From assembly GCA_031411295.1 (NCBI GenBank), contig JANOAV010000157.1, positions 1-64,000 on the forward strand: 64,000 bases of DNA, given 5' to 3'. A model generated the notes under the pieces. It was not told where the DNA came from and did not search any database. It saw nothing but the letters and a program-made list of their open reading frames with translations. Below are positions 56,930-64,000 of the stretch, one piece after another. Both the position numbers and the translations under genes were made by a program. Source of the DNA: Verrucomicrobiales bacterium. GTDB lineage: Bacteria; Verrucomicrobiota; Verrucomicrobiia; Verrucomicrobiales; V1-33. Position 1 is the first letter of the stretch; the number at the start of each line of letters is the position of its first letter.

Positions 56930-57058
56930 GCCGAACAAAAACGCGGCAGGGCCACCACCATCCTTCCCACTGATTTTTATGTCTTGTTTGAACTTTCATC
57001 ACTCCCAGCTTCGCTCAAGCGCTCTCTCAGAGGGAGTGCCTGTCCTCTAACGCTAGGC
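56930..57058 (+). other. attC-like recombination site (129 bp), degenerate
   Basis: GCCGAAC (R''-like) ... GGCAGGGCCAC ... GTGCCTGTCC ... GCTAGGC (R'-like, one change from GTTAGGC), lying between a stop and the next ATG. Confidence 0.6.
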
Positions 57059-57068
57059 GCATTTGCAT

Positions 57069-57515
57069 ATGAGCACTCCAAAAGAACCCACCGCAGATCC
57101 CTTCCGCCTCCAAGCGTTAGCCAAGACCGTCAGCGACATCTTGCGGCAGCGTTTCGGCACCAAGCAGTTCTATACCGCTGACGAGGTCGAGTCAGCCTGC
57201 AACCAGTGTCACGTTCCGGTATCGGTCCGCGAGTATGCCGTGGCTATGTTTGTCGAACCGGAGCAGACCCAAGGCTTCCTCCAGAAACTCGGTTCCTCGA
57301 AAACCGCCATCGAACTGCGGAAGTTTCTCGCCGGGCAGATTTTTTTCGATTCCCTGCCCGATGTATCATACGGCAGCAGCACAAACGACTTTCAGGACAC
57401 CGGAGATTCCCACGGACGCGGTTCCGACAGATTCGAGGGCTCAGGCTCCGACCACGGCGGACGTGGCGACTACAATGGCGATCACGATTCAGGCGGGGAC
57501 GACGGAGGTGATTAG
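57069..57515 (+). CDS. Hypothetical protein with Gly/Asp/His-rich C-terminal tail, cassette-like
   Basis: 148-aa ORF starting 10 nt after the attC-like R' box. Confidence 0.7.
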   Translation: MSTPKEPTADPFRLQALAKTVSDILRQRFGTKQFYTADEVESACNQCHVPVSVREYAVAMFVEPEQTQGFLQKLGSSKTAIELRKFLAGQIFFDSLPDVSYGSSTNDFQDTGDSHGRGSDRFEGSGSDHGGRGDYNGDHDSGGDDGGD

Positions 57516-57530
57516 TAATTCGACCAATGG

Positions 57531-57552
57531 GCCGAACAGGCGCTGCAGCGAA
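57531..57552 (+). other. Left half of an attC-like site (truncated)
   Basis: GCCGAAC-AGGCGC-TGCAGCGAA, 15 nt after the stop; same R'' heptamer as at 56930. Confidence 0.55.
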
Positions 57553-57615
57553 TAAGGGTAAGACGGGCCAGGCTCAATGCCAATTTGCGCAGCACCACCA
57601 GGACATAGGCGGTCT

Positions 57616-57709
57616 ACGCCAACGGCGTTTCGTCCTTCAGCCCAAGGGTTGCCCGGGCACGGGCTACCCTGGGAAATCGAGGTTGCAGTGATGAACCGCA
57701 ACGCGGTTC
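57616..57709. repeat. REP-type multi-hairpin repeat
   Basis: ACGCC-AAC-GGCGT, CCCAAGGGTTGCCCG...CGGGCTACCCTGGG and GAACCGC-AAC-GCGGTTC palindromes in series. Confidence 0.75.
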
Positions 57710-57846
57710 CGGCTGTTCGGGCGCGAGGAAAGCACTGCGGATGGTGCTGAGCCACGATCTCACTCGGGTTAGGATCAGCTCTCAATTTCCCGGCGGAACT
57801 GCCACTTGGTTGTTGCAATGCGGGGCTAGTGTGGTTTGCTGAGGCC

Positions 57847-58098
57847 ATGAGTATTATGAGTTTGGATTCACTAATGTCTCCAGTCGCGGAATGCATGGAT
57901 GAGGCGTCATTGCGTGCTCTGATTGAACTGCGCGCGACCCCGGCTGCTGCCGAGCGCGTGGCTTGGCTGGCTGATCGGGTGAATGAAGGAGAGGCTTCCG
58001 CTGAGGAACGCGCAGAATACGAAAGCTGTGTCATGTTCGCCAGCTTCCTCGGAGTGCTGCAATCGAAGGCGCGACGGAAATTTCAGGCGGCATCCTAA
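57847..58098 (+). CDS. Small helical protein, putative antitoxin/partner of the HNH nuclease
   Basis: 83 aa, RV..LA.R.NEG.AS.EERAEYE motif; stop 1 nt before the HNH ATG; TTGCAA-N16-TTTGCT 6 nt upstream. Confidence 0.7.
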   Translation: MSIMSLDSLMSPVAECMDEASLRALIELRATPAAAERVAWLADRVNEGEASAEERAEYESCVMFASFLGVLQSKARRKFQAAS

Positions 58099-58099
58099 A

Positions 58100-58498
58100 A
58101 TGCCAGTGTTGATAGTGAGCCGTCGGTTGGTGAAGGAGCGTTCGGGAATGCGTTGCGAATACTGTCGCATGGCGGAAGCATGGGAACCGTTCTTCCCTTT
58201 TCATGTCGAACACATTCGTGCGCGCCAGCACAAGGGAGCGGATACGCCAGACAATCTCGCCTATGCGTGCAACCATTGTAATTTATTCAAAGGCCCCAAT
58301 CTCACCAGTATTGACCCGGATACAGGCTTGCTAACCCCATTGTTTAACCCTCGACTGCAACTGTGGTCGGAGCATTTTGTGAATCAACAGGGCAGAGTGT
58401 TTGGACTTACCCCAGTTGGCCGCACCACTGTTTTTTTGATGCAAATGAACGTTCCGCATCGCGTGGAGTTGAGATTGGAAAATGCGGCTAAATGGTAG
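58100..58498 (+). CDS. HNH endonuclease
   Basis: RCEYC...HVEHI...G.D...NLAYACNHCN..KG, LFNPR...W.EHF, GLT..GRTT. Confidence 0.92.
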   Translation: MPVLIVSRRLVKERSGMRCEYCRMAEAWEPFFPFHVEHIRARQHKGADTPDNLAYACNHCNLFKGPNLTSIDPDTGLLTPLFNPRLQLWSEHFVNQQGRVFGLTPVGRTTVFLMQMNVPHRVELRLENAAKW

Positions 58499-58564
58499 CG
58501 TGACTTGTGCATTCTGCCCTGTCGCCACTAAATTCCTCAGCGCCCCTGGGTCCTCGCACTGCCG

Positions 58565-59077
58565 CTACAGCAGCCCATCCGAAGGATCGCGCAGGCTGGC
58601 CATCGCTTGCACCATGGCCCTCAGTTCTGCCCGGCTATACTGCTGCCGGATTTTTGCGATCTCCGCCGAAGCCAGGCCGTCGCAACGCTCGTTGCCGGCA
58701 TTTCCCGCGTGGCCCTTGACCCAACGCCAATCGATCTGATGCTTGACCGTAGCCGCGTCCAGCGCCTTCCAGAGGTCCACATTCTTCACGGGCTGGCGGT
58801 TGGAGGTGATCCACCCCTTGCGTTTCCAACCATGAATCCATTTCGTGACGCCTTCCCGTAAATATTGCGAGTCGGTGAACAAGATGACCCGACATGGCTC
58901 CTTAAGCCGCTGGAGTGCCCCGATGGCAGCCGAGAGTTCCATGCGATTGTTCGTCGTGGCCGGTTCGCCTCCGCTCATTTCCAAGCGATGCTGCCCCGAG
59001 AGCAACACGGCCCCCCACCCCCCTGGACCAGGGTTCCCTTCGCATCCGCCGTCGGTATAGATCGTGACTTCTTTCAT
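58565..59077 (-). CDS. rnhA: Ribonuclease HI
   Basis: [50 protein letters not shown]. Confidence 0.97.
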   Translation of the reverse strand: MKEVTIYTDGGCEGNPGPGGWGAVLLSGQHRLEMSGGEPATTNNRMELSAAIGALQRLKEPCRVILFTDSQYLREGVTKWIHGWKRKGWITSNRQPVKNVDLWKALDAATVKHQIDWRWVKGHAGNAGNERCDGLASAEIAKIRQQYSRAELRAMVQAMASLRDPSDGLL

Positions 59078-59394
59078 ATTTAAATTTTGAGCACTGACGA
59101 TGAGACCTCCTCCCGCAGGCGGCAAGCAAAACCACACGTTGACGAAAGTGGGATCACTCCGCTCGACTGGTCCCCCACGCCACCCCACGCCTCCTTTCCA
59201 TTCCGTCTCCGCGGCGTCATGGAATGGACGAAAAATTCCCTCTGGAAATGTCACTTGATTCTCAGCGGCTTCATCGGACAATTTCCCTTTCCTCGCCTGC
59301 TCCCGGCAGATTTTCTGCTTTAATGTCTTCAGGCGCTGTGAGTCGGCTCATTCTTTCCCGCTCACCGTTCCTTCGTTTCATCTCCCTCCCATCC

Positions 59395-62157
59395 ATGTCT
59401 GCTATTTCCGCCCGTCTCAATTTATCACTGCTCGAAGCCAACTACGAACTGTGGAAGTCCGATGCTGCCCGTGTCGATGGGGCTTGGAACGCTTTTTTCG
59501 AGGGTTTTGAGCTGGGCTTGCAGCGTCTGGGTTCCGAGACCACCACCGCCGCCGGAGAGCCTTCCGGCAGCCTTTCCCCGGACGACGTTGCCTTCCGGGC
59601 CAAGGTGCTGCAACTGATCGAGACCTACCGCCGCCAAGGGCATGTAGGCGCTTGGCTGGATCCCCTGACGGGCGCACCCGCCCTTCCCACAGAATTGCAA
59701 CTAAACACCCTGGGAATAACCGAAGGCGATTTACAACGGGAGATCGTTACGCAGTTCTATGCGGACGGGCGCCCGATGAAATTAGGGCAGGCGTGGGCCG
59801 AGCTGAAAGCCACGTATTGCAGCTATGTCGGCTTCGAATACGCCTACATCCAGACCGCCGAGGTCAAGGAATGGCTGCGCAAAAGAATCGAGGCCCCGGT
59901 GGCGGCCAACACTTCCGCCCAAGCGGCCTCAGCCTTGCGTTCGGTTATGGAAGGCGCCTACTTTGAGCGTTTCCTGCATGCCAAATATGTCGGTCAAAAG
60001 CGCTTCTCCATGGAAGGAGGAGAATCGGTGATGGTGGCCTTGAATACCATTTTGGAATCAGGCGCGGAAGGCCCCATGGAAGAAATCATCATGGGCATGG
60101 CTCACCGGGGTCGGCTCACCGTGCTGGCAAATTTCCTCCAGAAGCCACTCAAGGTTTTGCTGAATGAATTCAGTGAAAACTTCGTGCCAGATCTCGTCGC
60201 TGGCGATGGCGATGTGAAGTATCATCTGGGTTATGAAATCAAGCGCCCCACCGCGGCGGGCAAGGAAGTCAAGATCATCCTGGCCCCTAATCCCAGCCAC
60301 CTCGAAGCGGTGAATCCCGTGGTGGAAGGCAACGCCCGGGCACGCCAACGGGCCTTGGGTGATAGTGTGGAGCGCAATCGCGTGCTCCCCGTGCTACTCC
60401 ATGGCGATGCCGCCTTCGCTGGTCAGGGCATGGTGGCGGAAACGCTCAATTTATCCCAACTCAAAGGATATCGCACGGGCGGCACCATTCATATTATCAT
60501 CAATAACCAGATCGGCTTCACCACCAGTCCCGCCGATGCCCGCTCCAGTCGCTACTGCACGGACGTGGCTAAAATGATCGACGCTCCCGTCTTCCATGTA
60601 AATGGTGATGAACCGCTGGAAGTGATGCGCGTCACGAAACTGGCCTTGGACTTCCGTCAACAGTTCAAGAGCGATGTCATCATCGACATGGTATGCTATC
60701 GTCGCCACGGCCACAATGAAGGTGATGAACCCGCCTTCACGCAGCCTGACATGATGAAGGCGATCCGCGCCCAAGTCCCGGTGGACAAGAAATTCAGCGC
60801 AGATGCCGTGGCCGCCGGACTGCTGACGGAAGCGCAAGTCGCAGAAATTTCCACCAGCGTGCAGGCCCGGTTGGAACAAGAATACGCCGATCTCCAAAAA
60901 ATGCAGAAGCGCGGCAAAGGGTCGATGCGCGATGTCTTCGCGGAATCCACCGCCGTCTTCCAACCGGAATACTCCCACGAACCGGTCCTGACGGGCATCC
61001 CAGCCGAGCGCCTGCGCGAACTGGGCATGAAGATCACCGAAGTCCCCACAGGCTTCCGCATCCATCCCAGAGTCCAGACTACGGTAGCGGATCGACGGCG
61101 TGCCGCCACCGTTGCTGGTGGCCCCTACGACTGGTCGCATGCCGAACATCTGGCCTTCGCCAGTTTGCTCACGGATGGAATTCCAGTGCGACTCAGTGGC
61201 CAGGATTGCCGCCGCGGCACCTTCAGCCAGCGCCATTCCGTCTTCTACGATACCGAAACCCGCGAGCGCTACATTCCGCTGCAAAATCTCAGCCCAGAGC
61301 AGGCCCGGTTCTGCGTTTACAATAGTTTCCTCAGCGAGAATGCCGTGTTAGGATTCGACTACGGCTACAGCCTCATGTCACCCCAAATGTTGATTTGCTG
61401 GGAGGCGCAGTTTGGAGATTTCGCCAACGGATGCCAGGTCATCATCGATCAATTTATCGTTAGCGCTGAATCCAAATGGCAGAAGCCCAGCAGCATTGTG
61501 CTGCTGCTGCCGCATGGTTACGAAGGCCAGGGACCGGAGCATTCCAGCGCGCGTCTGGAGCGGTTCCTGCAACTCTGTGCGGAGTGCAATATCCAAGTCT
61601 GCAACCTCACCACCCCCGCCCAGTATTTCCATGCGCTGCGTCGCCAAGTGAATCGTCCTTTCCGCAAGCCCATGGTCATCATGACTCCGAAGAGCCTGCT
61701 GCGGGATAAACTGGCCGTGAGCACCGAGGCAGATTTCACCGATGGTTCCAGTTTCCAAGAAGTCCTAGACGATCCCGGTCTGCTCGCCAAACCCAATCGC
61801 ATCCAACGCCTCGTCTTCTGCACCGGGAAAGTTTACTACGACCTCATGCAGTATCGCAACGAGCACAAGATCAAGAACACCGCCATCATCCGCATTGAGC
61901 AATTGTATCCCTGGAACGAGGAACTGCTCAGCGAGATCATCGCCCGCTATCCCGCCACGGATAAGAAATTTATCTGGTGTCAGGAAGAACCGCAAAACAT
62001 GGGAGCGTGGAATTTCGTCTCGGATCGCATGGAGAAAATTGCGGACACGAAACTTCGCTATGCTGGACGCGAGCGGGCAGCCAGCCCTGCCGTGGGGTCC
62101 AAAACCATGCATGACAAAGCGCAGGCCATGGTCGTCGCGAGTGCATTTGAGAAATAG
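59395..62157 (+). CDS. sucA: 2-oxoglutarate dehydrogenase E1 component
   Basis: GQKRFS.EG, GMAHRGRL, GDVKYHLG, NPSHLEAV, HGDAAF.GQG, SGQD..RGTFS.RH, WEAQFGDF.N, LLPHGYEGQGPEHSSAR. Confidence 0.97.
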   Translation: MSAISARLNLSLLEANYELWKSDAARVDGAWNAFFEGFELGLQRLGSETTTAAGEPSGSLSPDDVAFRAKVLQLIETYRRQGHVGAWLDPLTGAPALPTELQLNTLGITEGDLQREIVTQFYADGRPMKLGQAWAELKATYCSYVGFEYAYIQTAEVKEWLRKRIEAPVAANTSAQAASALRSVMEGAYFERFLHAKYVGQKRFSMEGGESVMVALNTILESGAEGPMEEIIMGMAHRGRLTVLANFLQKPLKVLLNEFSENFVPDLVAGDGDVKYHLGYEIKRPTAAGKEVKIILAPNPSHLEAVNPVVEGNARARQRALGDSVERNRVLPVLLHGDAAFAGQGMVAETLNLSQLKGYRTGGTIHIIINNQIGFTTSPADARSSRYCTDVAKMIDAPVFHVNGDEPLEVMRVTKLALDFRQQFKSDVIIDMVCYRRHGHNEGDEPAFTQPDMMKAIRAQVPVDKKFSADAVAAGLLTEAQVAEISTSVQARLEQEYADLQKMQKRGKGSMRDVFAESTAVFQPEYSHEPVLTGIPAERLRELGMKITEVPTGFRIHPRVQTTVADRRRAATVAGGPYDWSHAEHLAFASLLTDGIPVRLSGQDCRRGTFSQRHSVFYDTETRERYIPLQNLSPEQARFCVYNSFLSENAVLGFDYGYSLMSPQMLICWEAQFGDFANGCQVIIDQFIVSAESKWQKPSSIVLLLPHGYEGQGPEHSSARLERFLQLCAECNIQVCNLTTPAQYFHALRRQVNRPFRKPMVIMTPKSLLRDKLAVSTEADFTDGSSFQEVLDDPGLLAKPNRIQRLVFCTGKVYYDLMQYRNEHKIKNTAIIRIEQLYPWNEELLSEIIARYPATDKKFIWCQEEPQNMGAWNFVSDRMEKIADTKLRYAGRERAASPAVGSKTMHDKAQAMVVASAFEK

Positions 62158-62159
62158 CC

Positions 62160-63200
62160 ATGCCGCTTATGATTGATCTCCGCAGCGATACGGTGACCCG
62201 ACCCACGGCAGCCATGCGCGCGGCCATGATGGCAGCACCGGTGGGTGATGATGTCTTCGGGGATGATCCCACGGTGAACGCCTTGCAGGAAACCATCGCT
62301 GCGCGTCTGGGATTTGCGGCCGGTTTGTTCTGCCCCACTGGCACCCAGAGCAATCTCTGCGCACTGATGGCCCATTGCGGCCGCGGGGATGAATACCTGG
62401 TGGGACAGGAGGCCCACACCTATAAATACGAAGGCGGAGGAGCCGCGGTCCTGGGGAGCATTCAACCGCAGCCGATTGAGAATGCCCCAGATGGCTCGCT
62501 GCCGTTGGAAAAAATCGCAGCGGCCATCAAAGCGGATGATATCCATTATGCCAGGACGCGATTGCTTGCCCTGGAAAACACCATCGGAGGCAAAGTGCTC
62601 CCTCCGGAAGTGGTTAGGGACACGGTGTCTTTGGCTCGGAAACACGGGCTGGCGACCCACTTGGACGGTGCGCGTTTCTACAATGCAGCCGTGGCCTCCA
62701 GCGGTGATCAGATTTCTCTGGCGGACGCGGAGCGGGAATTGGCGGAAGGTTTCGACAGCGTATCCATCTGTCTGAGTAAAGGCTTGGGCACCCCCGCAGG
62801 ATCAGTTCTTTTGGGATCCAGCGATCTGATTCACCGAGCCATCCGGATTCGGAAAATGCTGGGCGGCGGCATGCGGCAGTCGGGGATTCTGGCCGCGGCT
62901 GGACTCCATGCGCTGGAGCATCACGTCGCCAGATTGGCGGAGGATCATCGCCATGCCGCATTGCTAACAGAGCTGCTCAAAGCGATCCCGGCCTTGGATG
63001 GAAGCGTAGAGGGTCCGCACACCAACATTCTTTTCGTGAAGATTCCGCACGAGAAACTCGCTTCCTTAACCGCGTTCCTTAAAGCACGTGACATCCTGAT
63101 CTTCCCCTCGGTTCGACTTCGCCTTGTAACTCATTTGGGGATTGATGCGGATGGCATCGAACGGACGGCGGCGGCTTTTGCCGAGTTTTTCAAGGATTGA
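62160..63200 (+). CDS. ltaE: Low-specificity L-threonine aldolase
   Basis: IDLRSDTVTRP, VGDDV.GDDPTV, GTQSN, HLDGAR, CLSKGLG.P.GS, RKMLGGGMRQ.G. Confidence 0.95.
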   Translation: MPLMIDLRSDTVTRPTAAMRAAMMAAPVGDDVFGDDPTVNALQETIAARLGFAAGLFCPTGTQSNLCALMAHCGRGDEYLVGQEAHTYKYEGGGAAVLGSIQPQPIENAPDGSLPLEKIAAAIKADDIHYARTRLLALENTIGGKVLPPEVVRDTVSLARKHGLATHLDGARFYNAAVASSGDQISLADAERELAEGFDSVSICLSKGLGTPAGSVLLGSSDLIHRAIRIRKMLGGGMRQSGILAAAGLHALEHHVARLAEDHRHAALLTELLKAIPALDGSVEGPHTNILFVKIPHEKLASLTAFLKARDILIFPSVRLRLVTHLGIDADGIERTAAAFAEFFKD

Positions 63201-63208
63201 ATTCTTAG

Positions 63209-64000
63209 TTAGCGTTCCGCAAAGCTCAGGGATTGTTCCATCCACGTGTCGGCTTCGAGGACTTGCGTGCGTTGCCGGTAGGCTTGGCGTTGGGCTTTGG
63301 ATTGGGCCACGTTGAATGCAATAGCCCGCAGGCTGGGGATGCGATGGAGGAGCTTTCGGATCGGGGCCGGGGTGTATTTGCGGATCAACTCATCTTCCAG
63401 ACTAGCAAAGGATTCGGATGCTCCCGGATCGCCTTGGCGGGCGCAGCGGCCGATGAGTTGGCGGTCCACCCGACCGGACTCGTGGCGCTCCACTGCGATG
63501 ACGCAGAGGCCACCAGCAGTGGCCACGCCTGCGCCCAACTTGATGTCGGTGCCACGTCCAGCCATGTTCGTGGCGATGGTGACTTGGCCCGGTTGACCTG
63601 CCAGGGAGATGATGATGGCCTCTTCTTGAATGCGGGTGGCATTGAGAACTTGAGGCGCGATTCCTTCCGCCCGCAGCAGCGCTGCCAGTTCTTCGCTGGC
63701 TTGCACGGTGCGAGTGCCGACGAGGATCGGACGACCGGTGGCGTGGATGGCCACGACCCGTCTTACAATCGCCTGCATTTTCTCCGCCACTGTGGGGAAA
63801 ATTTGCTGCGGGGCGGAGTCGCGAATACAGGGCCGATGGGTGGGAATGCGGACGACGGGCACGGAATAGACGCGCCAGAATTCCCCGGCCGCTTCCTGCG
63901 CGGTGCCGGTCATGCCGCTGAGTTGGTGGTAGAGGCGGAAGAATTTTTGGAAACTAATGCGTGCGACGGTTTCGGTGGGCGCAGTGATTTCCAGCCCCTG
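63209..64000 (-). CDS. Short SecA-family ATPase (accessory SecA-like), 5' part outside the window
   Basis: ETVARISFQKFFRLY..LSGMTGTA, GRPILVGT, VLNA, TIATNMAGRGTDIKL, RHES.RVDRQL.GRCARQGDPG; ends shortly after the last helicase motif. Confidence 0.9.
   Translation of the reverse strand, partial: QGLEITAPTETVARISFQKFFRLYHQLSGMTGTAQEAAGEFWRVYSVPVVRIPTHRPCIRDSAPQQIFPTVAEKMQAIVRRVVAIHATGRPILVGTRTVQASEELAALLRAEGIAPQVLNATRIQEEAIIISLAGQPGQVTIATNMAGRGTDIKLGAGVATAGGLCVIAVERHESGRVDRQLIGRCARQGDPGASESFASLEDELIRKYTPAPIRKLLHRIPSLRAIAFNVAQSKAQRQAYRQRTQVLEADTWMEQSLSFAER

Noticed and set aside
1..64000. tRNA, rRNA, CRISPR array or prophage
   Set aside because: No such signatures recognised in the intergenic regions; the only phage-like signal is a single inserted domain.

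Overview
GC-rich bacterial window with a typical PVC-superphylum gene repertoire, most likely Verrucomicrobia. The repertoire includes PEP-CTERM proteins, autotransporter-associated beta-strand repeats, DUF1592/DUF1552 and DUF1800/DUF1501 pairs, and lamin-tail/CotH proteins. Housekeeping genes (tsaE-tsaB, lldD-like oxidase, rnhA, sucA, ltaE) sit among very large secreted multidomain proteins and small selfish or defence elements: a RAYT transposase missed by the ORF track, REP/REPIN repeats, a PIN toxin-antitoxin pair, an Rpn nuclease and an HNH pair. Most notable observations: (1) a 2431-aa protein fusing an intact galactose-oxidase-type copper radical oxidase to a beta-propeller/di-haem peroxidase-like module, divergent from a DUF1800-DUF1501 operon; (2) a conserved terminal domain (S.DL..W...FYR) on six exported proteins, a candidate sorting or anchoring signal; (3) a choice-of-anchor-Q gene flanked by orphan C-terminal modules; (4) a decaying, integrase-less cassette array with degenerate attC-like sites; (5) REP-like hairpins inserted in-frame in the RAYT gene; (6) a phage-like domain inserted in the DUF1800 protein. 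All family calls come from motif recognition by eye; no searches were run.
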